Positions 12,001 to 24,264 of a stretch of DNA of 64,000 nucleotides are shown piece after piece. The DNA lies in the NCBI GenBank assembly GCA_964187785.1, contig OZ076409.1, forward strand, positions 17,672,001 through 17,736,000, given 5' to 3'. Numbering within the stretch: position 1 is the first letter of the stretch; every line of letters starts with the position of its first letter. This stretch comes from Amphiscolops sp. MND2022 (Eukaryota). The notes beneath the pieces were generated by a model. It had not been told where the DNA came from and did not search any database. It was given only the letters and a program-made list of their open reading frames with translations. The position numbers and the translations under genes are program-made.

Positions 12001-13499
12001 ATTAAGTTCGCCACCTGTACCCTCGAAGATGTTTACCTATGCTCTTCCTTTCTACCGTGTTACTCCTATCATAATCGTTTTCAGAAACGGGGGCGGGGAT
12101 GTCTTGCATGGAGGGGGTGTCTTAATTGAGTCGTTCAGAAGCTTTGACGTTTATCACTAATTTCAGATCTAAAATTCAAATAATAAAGGCTTCTCTTTTG
12201 AAACGACGAACCTTAAACCAAGATTTTCATGTTTTTTGTTAGTAGACTCGGCTCATTTTCTACATGGTACGGTCGTTTTTTCTGTGAAAGGAAATAACGT
12301 CTCGTACTCTAAGGTTGCCATATTCAGAGATTCAGGATTTGTCTTACATTGGGAGCATGCCTTAAAATATTGGGAGAAACATTGTATCTACAACTAAGGT
12401 ATTATTTCACGAATACTCATTAGCTTTTTATCAAACTGTTGTACTGATTACTTCGATTCTGTTTGTTGACTGAATACGTTGCATTTTCATGGAAACGGCT
12501 GCCATTTATACGATTCGGTCAATCTTTGAGAATGGAAAGTGTGTCAAAGAAAAATATTACTTTGACAAATTTCATGCTTGAAATTCTCAGAAATTTTATA
12601 TTGTTCAAAATAACGAGATAGTATTCCCCCAGTATATGCCATATTGAATGAAGGAAAAATTTCTAGGATCAGTTAAGTAATGAAATTTCGGAGAAATCTT
12701 CAAACAGTGTAAAGTCTCAAGTGCAATTTTGCAAGGTGAAGGTGAAGCAATTACTCCTGGAATTGAAAAATCAAACAAAAATACATTCCAATATGATTAC
12801 ACCGTGGATGTTTCATTTCTTTGGTGAGTTTTGCAAATCTCAATTAAACAATGTAATCTTGACAAGAAAGAATGTTCTGATTATATCTGAGAAGATAGAC
12901 AGACTTCAAAATGATATTTGCTGTCGTCTTTTAATTTGTATTTTAATGCAATTTTGTGAAGCGACAAACACAAATTTTCTCTTTGAAAAGAGATTTTTCA
13001 TTTTCTCAGGTAATTGAAGAAACCTCCAATATGATTGAGTTTCATATAATCATTTTTCCAAGTAGAATTACGCATAGTCCCTTAAAACCTAAAGCAATGC
13101 AATCTTCATATCTGAAGGGTCCTTTTTCGGAAATTGCGGCACTGTGTGACTTTTGAAGAGAACAATTCTTTCCACCTAGATGTCTCATCTTCAATTTTAT
13201 TGCTCCTTTCAGTGAGAAAGAAAAAAGTCTTTTTTAGCCTGAAATTGTCTTTGCTTCGATTTTTCCAGCTTTTTAGATTTTTTTAAAACATTTTTTTCAT
13301 CAAATAGACTTTTTTTGGCCAGGTATTTGATACTATTTGTTTTCGAACTTGGGTTTTTTTTTCAAATTCAAGTGTCTTATATCCGTTTTCTGCTTTCCTT
13401 AGGTTAAAAATCTTTTTGTTATAAAAGTTTGCTCCAACCGATAGGATGATGTTGATGAGGACCGTTACAGACTCTATGTACAAGCCTCCAAAAAATCAA

Positions 13500-15700
13500 A
13501 GACGGTATGTCAAAAATTTTCCATGAGTCCCATATTTGACCATGAAAAGCTTTTTTCTTGCAGCAGAACTATGTGTTTCATTGAGTTGAGGCAGCTATTA
13601 GAACGACTTGGGGGTGCCTTAAGCCAGGCTGGAACTTTCTATTACCAAAACTTCAGTTTCTAACACACACTGATTTTTCGCTGAACTTTTCCATGTGACG
13701 GAGACTCTATGAACTTTTTTCCACATTCTGGAGCCTCCATGGTGGCTTTTTTCAAGAGTCACTTAGGCTTGGTCACACATTACGAACAACATTAGATAGG
13801 GCAACCCGTGCGAAACGAATGCGTAAGTCCTATATTCACCGAGATGTTGTGAATTCTTGAACTAATTATCAGAAACATAAGAGCTCCTATGTAGGGAAAA
13901 CGGAGAAAACACAAGGTGTTTTTCCGAATATTGTACGCGAGGCAATATATACAAGCCAAGAACAACAGAACATTTTATCAATGATAACAAAAGTGTTTAA
14001 GAGGAGTTTGAACGTTTGCTTTACAAACTCAGCGTCATACACAAGTTGTGGTAATCCTTGTAGAATATCCTTCTCTGTAGAAGTACTTCTGCGTGGCTTC
14101 ATCAGCTCCCTCATTTCGTTTATGGTCAGTCTGTATCGCTCCTTTGAGATGATCGCGATAACGCGCTTCATGGTGGCCCTCAGAGGGTCTTTAGTATTGC
14201 GAAAGTTTCGCAGTTATTCTATCATGTCGGCTCAACGTTCACTTTCGCTGCAATTTCTCGGGAACGATAACTTGTTGTTTCTACTTCTTGGGGTCCCAAG
14301 GCTGGCCAGTGACATGGTAGTCCCCACTGAGGAAGCAATAGACGCAGTATCTGATTTCAGCCGATGTTGAGTAGGTGCCCAACGTCACAGTATCGGCAGT
14401 AGCGTCATCACCAGCTGTTTCTTTTTCTGGTTCTAATTGGAAAGCTTCATTGACCTGGTTTTTGCTATTGGAAGCTGTCCTGAGGGCATATGCTTGGAGC
14501 GTTTCTGTGATGATTTCCCGTTGTCTCCCGAAATAGCTCCAATTGCTGAAACCTCCGACGGAGCAATGTAATGACGGTCCGAAGTTACTTCATTGTAACT
14601 TGTTTTGGATCAAAAATGCTCGCTGCGTCTTGCTGGGCCTGTCACGGATGTGGGTCTCTCAACATTTCGAAGTTTGTTTAGTCTACATTTCTTTCACTTT
14701 ATTATCAAGAAAATTGACATGAAAGCGAGTTCCAGGTATGTGGAACCATTGGAAACGATGGTTTCTTTTTCTGACTGTTTCTGTCAGTTTCGTCAGTACC
14801 TTCAAGCTGGGCAGGCCTTTGAACCTGCTTTTTTGACGAACCTTGGACTCGTTTCGGCCAAAAACTTTGTTCCGCTCCTAGTTCGCTGAAATTTCTCCAA
14901 AAGTTGTACTGAAGCTGACCTTGTGTGCCGGGTTTTATGTCGACGCATCCACTTTACGAACATTTTCAGTGTGGATAGCAGCTTCTGCATCGAACTTTGG
15001 GTATAATCGTTAGATTCTTGGAAAGTAGGAATGATTCCGCCAATGTTGGTGGCGTTTTTCAGTTGGTTGGTATCTCGGAAGATTTTTTAACGAACCATTG
15101 ATGAAACTACCCGATTTCGGTTCACAGAGTACTTACATAAAACCATGGTCAGTTCTGGATAGAATTCCGCGGACGAGTCCTTGTTTTTGACAGTTAGGAT
15201 AATATGCTCAGGAACTTCGTGCAAGTGTCATCTTGCGTTAGTAATTGGAGAGGACAGTTAACAGATTGAACCACCGTGATTCGAGGTTTGGTGAAAGGAC
15301 ATGAAAAAAATTTTGGTGGACATCTTCTAACTCGGGATGCATTTTTACTTACTGGCGAATTTGTTTAACCTTTAATTGCAAATCGTACAAATTCGGAAAT
15401 CGAATTTGCTACCCTGGGTAACCTTTTTCTTGGATTTTCTCCTTTTATGGATTCATTCGAGGTTCATTGTTTGGTCCTTGGCCGTCTGCATGGGGCATTG
15501 ATTTGACAGGAGAGACAGGTCCAAACTAAGATCATGCGCGAAACTTGTTTTCATTTGATGCATCTTTCGGATGTCTTGTTCCTGCATCTGTGGAGTCTGT
15601 TCTCCAACTTGAATCATGGCATCGATTGATGAGGTGTCCACACCTGTTGGTATTTGTTCGGAGGAACTCATATTGATTTTTGGAGGTCTTTGTTTTGTTT
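13500..15700 (-). other. Degenerate coding-like relic of unknown origin, probably transposon-derived
   Basis: GC-richer block with several broken minus-strand ORFs (13887-14171, 14802-14990, 15453-15671). No recognisable motif. Confidence 0.3.
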
Positions 15701-17257
15701 TGGTAGCGACTAATTGCGATTTTAAATGAGGATGATTAACAACAGACTGATTCTCACACGTCTACTCTGAAAGTGATTGTGAATGATTGAATAAAATACT
15801 ATATCAAAATTTCTTGAAGTTCTTGACTCTGGAAGTGTGAATGGATAACCAGTTAGAGTTAATACGCGTTTAAAGTGTGAAAATTCGCACCTTGCTAATT
15901 ACCAGAGTGGTGAAAACTGAAATATGTAATTGTAAACTTAGCTTCTCTGATGTTTCGAAAATCGCGAAATCTTTGAATTGGGGCTGAAAAATTCTAAGCG
16001 AGGAATATGCTCGAATGGGCCCCTACTGAAGCCTCATAAAGTGTCGAGTGCGAAAGTTTACTCTGTGAGCTGAAATGTCAGAAAGACTCCGTTTTTTGAC
16101 ACATAGAGACGCTATGTAGGATTTTGGAAAAGTATTTGAGTACACAGGGTCTTTAATCATCCTGTATCTGATTTTCTTTTCAGACTTGCCAGAACGAAGA
16201 ATTGAAAGAATTCAAAATTGTTGCGATGACCAGAGTTAAATCCTTCAACTCTCATTATCGGTAAAAATTGAATTCTTTCAATTAGTATCCGAAGGGGTGC
16301 CGATTTAAAAAAGGAGAACAGCTTTTTCGGGGTACACCCCGCGAAATTGGGAAATTAACTTTCTTCTTTCTCTTTTTCTACCGTTCATATAACGTATATC
16401 ACAAAAAAAAACCCGCTGATTGTGAATTTTTGACATCAGTTTCGTATGATTTTACGTTTCGCCTTAATGAGCGTGGGGTTCTCGTGTCTGCTAAGATTAA
16501 AACTTTGCATTTTACATTTGATCTTGAATGGCTGTTTCCTGTTATAACATTTAGCGCAAAGAAAATGCGCTTCATCCAAAATATTATCGTTTTTACGACT
16601 ATTTTTGGATGTTGTGAAGACGAAAACAAGTAAATACTTTTTCCTTATCCTCATGCGGAACTCTGTTTTCACAAGTGGATTATCCAGTTTTAAGATCAGT
16701 AGGGGCTTTCCTTTATCAAATATCCCGTTACATTTAATGGCAATCTTTTAAAGAATGATGGTGCCTGTCTTGCCTAAAGAAGTCTTTGCAGATTGTACGA
16801 GAAGTGTTGCAGTGCCACTGCGATTGGTGTTTCCAGGTCCTGTTAGACAGATGTCGTGATAAATATTGTTTTGTATGAAATTGTATTTTTCGAAATAAAT
16901 TCAACTCATGAAAAACTCTGGTGAGGAAACTTCGTGAATAAAGCTTTCGGTTATAACATATCTAGACTTTTGAGTGATGCTTTTGTTCAGCAAGGTTGTT
17001 CAAAACATTGCCGATTTGTACTCTATCAGTAAAATTATCTTCAGAAACCCAAAAGAAAAAGTTCAACGGCGAATTCTTTCAAAAGTGTTGAATTGGCGCT
17101 GTGTTTAGCACATGTTTCAGTTCGAATTATTCAGTATTATGGCCTTTTTGAAACAGAAGGATCTAATTAGTTTCAGACACGTTGAGCGAACCCTCTTTCC
17201 GTTTCGTAATACCAGAAACCTTCTGCCGAAATATGACGTCATAAGTGCATGTTTCAG

Positions 17258-17467
17258 GCGCAACTGTTCCTCAGCACGGACTGTGCACGTGATGTTTGCG
17301 TTTCTGTCCATATTCGACATCGAGACAAAGAGACAGCTGTTCACCACTGAGGTCGTGATCCAGGCACGCTGGGTGGAACCAGCTCTCAAGAAGAACGAGG
17401 TCGTTCATGGCACGCTGTGGAGGGACAAGTGTCCTTCTTACTTGAACATATGGGAGCCCAGATTAAG
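17258..17467 (+). CDS. Exon of Cys-less pentameric ligand-gated ion channel (LBD beta1-beta2 to loop A)
   Basis: TTTCAG| acceptor and AG|GTCAGT donor. VHVMFAFLSIFDIETKRQLFTTEVVIQARWVEPAL...IWEPRL fits the pLGIC pattern V.v.....I.dId...q.f........W.dp.L...W.P.l. Confidence 0.88.
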
Positions 17468-20169
17468 GTCAGTTTGAATCACAACCTAACTAAGTGACCT
17501 CAGATTCGGTATTACCTGAAAAATAATTTTAAAGTGTACGAACATCTGAAATCAGTTTCAAAGTTTATATACAACTAGGTTTACAGATCTAGGTGAATGG
17601 AGCATGGTGTAATGGTTACAGTACTCAGTCTGTATTGTGGCAGGTTCGCATCGGTCTAAACTCGCCATAATTTGACCTTGAACAATTTGATATTGAACAA
17701 GCGTAAAAGTCAATTTTATTTGGCAAGTTTTGAGACGTAGAATGAAAAGTTCAACTGAAAATGTTGATCGTAATTTCCACAAAACATGTAGATGACATCT
17801 TCCAATTTGATTTTCATTCAACATTATTTTTCGTTTCCCCGAAAAAAAAAATATTTTTAGATCAATCAATTTTTTTATCAAAATCAAAATGATGTCTTTT
17901 AACATCATAAAAGTAAGAAGAGGAGTATACAATAGTTTCAAACACTGTCATTTTTCGAATTATTGATTATTTGGGAAAATCCTGAAAATCCAATGTTATT
18001 CATCCATAGCGTAAAACGCATCATATTCTTCAGTGGATTCCCTTGTCTGAGTTTCCAGTGACATACCCAAACTTTTTCCCTAATTCTTCAACCAAATATT
18101 GGAATTAAGACAAAGAACAATATTCGAAGCGTCCATTCCAATCTTGTTACTCCAGTCTTGCTACAAACCTTGGGTTCCATTTAATTTTTGTAAAACCTAA
18201 ATACTATTCAATATTCTTCGAGGTACTTCAATATTTCTTATAAGCTCCATAAATTCCCCTTCATGGGTTCCTTAGTTGACGCTCTAAACTGCAACTCAGT
18301 CGAGTCAAGCCGGGACTTAAATTCATTTCGCGTCAAGTGTCTTTTGATTACTTGGCAACTTAAGCACTCCTCATTTTTGTCTACTTTTTGTCTACACTGG
18401 TATTAACATAGCTATTTCGTCTAGACATATCAACTACCATTGCAATAAACATGCGTGGTAGAATTACTCCGTGGAATCTCCTATTTCTACATGCGTAAAA
18501 GGCCAACAAACGCAAACGATACACAAAATATAAACTCTTATTTCGAAGCTGTGTTTAACAAATGTGAGCAAAAAATGGCATTTCAAAGACGTATACGTAC
18601 AAAGAACGACGACCGACTGATCTCAAATTTCCTTTCGGCTGTCTTTGTTCAATCGAGTTTTTAAATTAGTTTGTTCCTTTAGGTTCCTTTTGAAAACAGT
18701 CGAGATACAAAGGTACCGATGCAAAGATGAAAATTAGCTTTTTGTGAAACGTTTCAGAAATTTTTTTTTGAAAAATCGCTTCATGAAAAAAAAACACAAT
18801 TTCATCTTTTTCCAAACATATTCTTTTTTTTGCAGTTCGCAGGTTCACATGTAACGTCCACCGGCCTGGTGACCAAAAAATTACCAACAAATCGATCAAA
18901 TGTACCGCATAAGAATGGCAAGGTCGGCAGGTACATAAAATCAGTGAAGACGAAAAAAGTGAAAACACACATCCGAAAGCCCCAAAGAATATTCTAACAT
19001 AACAGCCCATTGAAACCCGAAAAGACTAGAATACACATCCGAAGATGCTGATGTAGCCCTACTTCGTGCAAAACTTTGTGATATTGCATACATTGCATAG
19101 AACATTCCGCAGGTCAGGGTCTCGTTGAGGCCTCGATTCTATGCTTCGTTGGCTAAATTGTGATTTATCGAATTGTATTTCTGGTGTTTGCAAATGTCTG
19201 ATGTGATAAATTATATATTTTCACCCAAAACAGCCAATTCAATGTAATTCAACAAATTACTGTTTTGGAAGCTCGGAAGTATTTGATTACGCTCTGAAAT
19301 CTTAGGATACGTTTTTACGTGCTCGAGGGACACTGTGACACTGTTCAAAATTCTCATTTTCCGTTTTTTTTTCAAAAATTTTTCAATGTCTCCAAAGGGT
19401 CCCCCTTCAATTTTGCAACAGGAAGGATGTCAGAAAATTTAGAAATTTCAAATGGTCCTCCTTTTTAGTGGCAGTTCGGTCGTTTGGGTTTTTCGAAAGT
19501 GTTTGGAACCTTTTTTGTGAGTTTTTTTCATTAAAAACGTCCTGATCATATTTTAGAACGTTTGCGTTTTTTCAGCCTTAGGCATAGCGCTGACTTGAGA
19601 CGTTTAGTTATTTAGTGGTTCTACTAGAGTTCGAGCATTCACAGGAATATATGTAAATAGTCACCCTTGTTTTAGTCGTCCTAGAAACGCATGTTAAAAT
19701 GCCAAAAATTGCAAGCGGCTTAGCACTTTCGAATTGTGTCTATGTAACGTCAGGCAAGGGACGTTGCAGAAGTTTTTGAAAATTTCGATCAAAAATTCGA
19801 AATGTGCGGTATCGAACAAGCACATTCAAGATGGCCGACCCGGCAGGTACGAAAACCGTAGAGGAAGCAAAATAAAGTCAAAAAACACCCCACCCCCACC
19901 CAGGAACGTGAATATCCGACATGTAATCACCCAGAAGGCGAGAGAATCAGGAATTGTGCCATCTGACAGCAAAAAGACAGGGTTTCGGCAGAAAAATGCC
20001 AAATGATACCATTGTGCCCCGAAGATGAGGAATGATGCCAGAGGCCAGACTGATGACCAACCCTGATCTGTAATGTTATTGCGGCTTATCCCTGTGTTTT
20101 ATCACCGTTTGCAGGTATTTGGTGATGTTCGATCTACAAGATCTGTATTTTAAAACTTATTCCCCAAAT

Positions 20170-20466
20170 ACAATGTATTTCAGTTAGACACCCTTTTGGA
20201 CCTCGGAAGTATGTAGGAGTCGCGGGAACTCGCTAGAAACCTTAGGATTCGTTTTTACAGGCTTGTGGGGTGTGTCCGGACTTTGAGAGTGCCGGCACGT
20301 CGCCTCGGAGCTCTAAGTAGAGGAGCCTTGTGGCCTTGGAGAAAGAAAAGGCCCCCTTGGAGACTATTTTGGGAACAAAAACTAGTGTTTAGGGATGTAG
20401 TAAGACAACGGTCTCCTGTTTAAGCACCCTAGGCATTTTCCCTCTTCCTAGATGTGCGCCACTAGC
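20170..20466. repeat. Dispersed MITE-like repeat; related copy at ~27290-27520
   Basis: Shared blocks GTGT.CGGACTTTGAG...GTCGCC.CGGAGC and GGAGAC.A.TTT.G.GAA.AAAAACT..TGTTTAGG..TGTAG. Ends GCGCCACTAG. Confidence 0.55.
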
Positions 20467-20613
20467 CGGGCGGTACTTTAATATTGTTTGGAGTGCCAAG
20501 ATACTCCCATGATTGGCCAAGTTTTGTCTCGAAAGACTTGCGAGTTGTTTTAGATGAAGATAATTTTTCCTCAAACTGAAAACTGGATTGCTTTCAAAGC
20601 CCCTGATAATGTT

Positions 20614-20767
20614 AGTTAATGAAATTTTAAAGCGAGAGATAATCGATGGTTCATGAAACCAGCAGAAATTTTGAAGACTTCTCCCAGCTGTCAAAACGAG
20701 AAGTCTTCAAGATTTTTGCTGGTTTCATGAACCTTCGATTATCTCTCTCTTCAAAATTTCAGTAACT
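20614..20767. repeat. Imperfect inverted repeat (~70-bp arms, short loop)
   Basis: GAGAGATAATCGATGGTTCATGAAACCAGCAGAAATTTTGAAGACTTCTC is mirrored by GAGAAGTCTTCAAGATTTTTGCTGGTTTCATGAACCTTCGATTATCTCTC. Confidence 0.9.
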
Positions 20768-20773
20768 GAGCAG

Positions 20774-20969
20774 TGTTGGATGAATTAGATTGTTGAAACA
20801 ATTTTTGAACTGAGCCATGAAAGTTATCGCTTAGTGAAATTTTTGATGAGAAACAATCAAATGTAAGAAATATTTCTTACATTTGATTGTTTCTCATCAA
20901 AAATTTCACTAAGCGATAACTTTCAGGGCTCAGTTCAAAAATTGTTTCAACAATCTAATTCATCCAACA
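20774..20969. repeat. Near-perfect 196-bp palindrome with no spacer
   Basis: 98-bp arms centred on AAGAAAT|ATTTCTT (20871/20872); one mismatch seen. Confidence 0.95.
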
Positions 20970-22496
20970 TTGTGCATTTTTTTTGAAAGCAGGAAATCAC
21001 TCCAGCAACTACGTGCATTGATATTAATTTCAATGTTATTTACCTAGGCTTTTTGCCCACAGCCAATTAAAAAACATAATTATATTTTAATCTCGTGCAT
21101 TCCTTTTTTGTTCCCCCGAGGACCATCCCTCAAAATCCCGATTTTGTCAGCTCTGAACCCTTTTGGAGACATAGTTTGGGAATGCATTACCATACATTAT
21201 ACAATAGCACCAGACAAGTGAATTCAGGAAAAAATGGCCTATTTTTTTGACACCACGTGAAAATGATTCACAAAAACACAAACACATGAAATAATTGCCT
21301 ATGGCAGGAAATTCATAACTCACGAATGCTAAAATTGCTTTTTAAAGGTTTGAAATCGCCATTAACATTTACAGCGAAAACAAGCCATAAAACACTTCAG
21401 CGACAAGTAAGGAAATTAAAATTCTTCTTTATCTACTACCTGGTAACCGACGAAAGCGCATTTTCATGTCATTTCTTTTATAGCTACCGCTTTCAACCCG
21501 TTTTTAATCACCAAGATTTTTTATAGACTTCCTTCTTTACGTGATCATGCTCAAATGCAACCAATCACATTAATTAGGCGTCCTTTCTTCGAACTTAAGG
21601 AGCCTGCAGAAATGCCAGAGCTCCTAGGAATTGAATTAATTTCCCCTTCCTCCAACGACCTTAAATTGGGTTAATTTTTCAGTCGATTTATCGTTTTAGA
21701 GGAAGCTGGTCTTTTAAATCACGGATACAACAAAACTCAACAAGTTTTGAAATTTCTAGTATAATTCATACACAATTTTCTGTGTTATTTTTTTGTCCAA
21801 TTCTTGCTTACAATTTTGTTTTGATTATTCTTTTGTTGAATTTTCTGATGATTTTCAAAAATTGAACAATATTAGACCAAGAAATGAATTAGGTCTTAAT
21901 CAGGTTAAGTCTGAACCTAGTCAGAAAACCTAGAATTGCATTACTAAAAGACTCCCCAGGGGGGCAAACAACTCGAAAAAGAAGTTTTTTATTTGGATGA
22001 TATAAGTACGAAATACATTCGATGGAGTACGCGAATGGGACTATTGAATCTACTGGTTGAGCACCTTGGAACCTTGCATGATTCAGAGAAACTTTTCAAA
22101 TAAAAGTCTTGATAATTTACTACATACAATAGGCTGGCTGGCTAACTTTATTGACGTCATGTCAAATTCAAATTCTTGTCAGTTCTTGTAAAATTTGGTA
22201 AAGTTGAAGAACATCATTCAGTGAAATGCAGTGGTCGGGAACTTCAGTTTGTAGACTGTTAGATTGTAAAGTTCGGATAATGAACTGCAGACTTTTTGGT
22301 CTTCGTGTTGTTTGAAAAACATGACATTGCAAAAATCTTTCTTGCTGTTTCAGACTTCTATGTAGGTAGGCCTTCTTCGATATAGATTCCGAAAAACTTC
22401 AAGAAGTTTTTATGCGAACATGTTTGCTGTAGAAAATCCGTTCGCGGGCCAAAACACCCTGAATTTTAGTTTACTTGGAGCTGTGTTTGATGATTT

Positions 22497-23111
22497 CTAT
22501 TTTATTTTTATTGCGGTTCCATAGGTGTCATGAACATTTAAACCAGGAAAATCATTGTCTGACTGATTCCCATCTTGTTCATTTCTTAAGCTGTTTTTTG
22601 CATTTAAGTTTCGCTGAACTTGGGAAGGCAGTTCCGGTCTCTCTGCCGGAACGTCCCATCCTTTTCTGGTCCCGTGTCCCGATCCGGCCATAATAACGTT
22701 TTGGATTTGAGGAAGTACCTGAGTACTTATCGCGTCACTTATGGCCCTCTGTATCTGAACACTCACAGAATTCATCATCTCATCCATTTCCCGTGAAATG
22801 CAGGAATTCAATTCACTTGACAACCTGTTAATCTCAGCACTAGAGTTGGCTGTAACTGAATTTTGATCATATTCGGTATTTGATCTAGGGTGATCATTTC
22901 TCTGATTTCTACTTACATTTCCATTTTCATTCTCAGATTCATTGCTTGCGAAGCTTCTAGACCTTCTAGGCAAGTTACTGTTCATACTACCTTCTCTCTC
23001 TCTTGCGTTAAAGTGATTTTCACCTAACATAATGTCTATGTTCTCGATATCTGACAGTATTTCGAGTCCTCTTGACTTTCTTGCCTTTTTCTGTTTTCTA
23101 GTAGAAGGCAT
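22497..23111 (-). CDS. LTR-encoded ORF (204 aa), probable Gag N-terminal leader, reading out of the solo LTR into flanking DNA
   Basis: MPSTRKQKKARKSR basic start, S/N/E-rich middle and an amphipathic helical segment. Crosses the LTR edge at GAC A|, the same register as gag in the full element at 7043. The last 9 residues come from the flank. Confidence 0.7.
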   Translation of the reverse strand: MPSTRKQKKARKSRGLEILSDIENIDIMLGENHFNAREREGSMNSNLPRRSRSFASNESENENGNVSRNQRNDHPRSNTEYDQNSVTANSSAEINRLSSELNSCISREMDEMMNSVSVQIQRAISDAISTQVLPQIQNVIMAGSGHGTRKGWDVPAERPELPSQVQRNLNAKNSLRNEQDGNQSDNDFPGLNVHDTYGTAIKIK

Positions 23112-24264
23112 TGAAACAATTCCGAATTAACAATGAATTATTCAATACGGAAAATAACAGCGAAACCGTTTGTAATTCAATCTTTACTAGTAGCGTCTCA
23201 AATGAATTGTGTCGCACTCAGGCCGAGTATCAGTATATATACTCATGAGGGGATGACATTCACATACTTTACATTACTAGTCAAGAAAAATGGGGTCATG
23301 TGATTTTTTACTTCACAGGGAATGTCCCGACAACTGCATATTATTAGGGGACATTTAGGGAAAGGCATTCAAAAGTCATTTGATCAAGACAGAGGTATCA
23401 AATCAGTTATTAACTAAGGCATCATATCAAAGCGTCAACAAATGCCTCCGCTCACATTCCTTACAGCGGAGTGTAGTGAAGGCACGTGCCGACACGAGTT
23501 ATTGAGAATGGAATGCATCATCACGTGTATATTGCTTCAATACAATCCAAATATATATGAGAACGCACTTTCATGTTAGAGCCGGATCAGGCCCAAAATT
23601 ATAAAATACACAGCTTTCAAAGAGACATGGTAAGATGGCCTTAATCGTCCATCTTTTTAGGTTAAGATTGTACAGACATTAAAGCGTTACAAATGCTTTA
23701 ATTTAGTTTCAAATCATGGAAAGTTAGCTCCGAGTAATTACTTGCTTAATTAGATAACAAAACACTATAATGCATGAATTGGCCGGAACCGGCCATTTGA
23801 CATGAGTACCAGCAAGCGTGCACTGTGTTAAGTCAAAAGGCCTTATTCGGCCATTATGTAATAAAAGCGCTAATAATTCAAAAGGAACGATATGATTGGC
23901 TGACAATGTACAGCAAGTTACGTCGCCGAGAAAGGACGTTTCCGCACTTGAACACGTTTCCTTCTCGCGATTAACTTGCTTGTTGTTTGTTATTGCATCA
24001 AATCAATCTTGCATTTCAATTCTATTCTACAGTAAATACATCAGCAAACTGATTTGGCCTATCCCAAATCGTAATATTAACAGACTAATATAAACTGCAA
24101 CGTATTGGAAAATGTAATGGTTTGAGGGCAAATATTGTTACTAAAAGTAAGTTTTGAAATACAAAATATACTTGCTCAAAATGTAGGCAAAGTTCCGGGC
24201 AATGTCTCCTGGCTTGTCGCTGTTGTCGTTATTAAAGTACCGTCACAGGCGGCAGCCTGCGACA
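22526..24264 (-). mobile_element. Solo LTR (1739 bp) of a Gypsy-like family
   Basis: TGTC...GACA termini with an exact 5-bp TSD ATAGG at 22521-22525 and 24265-24269. Confidence 0.9.
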
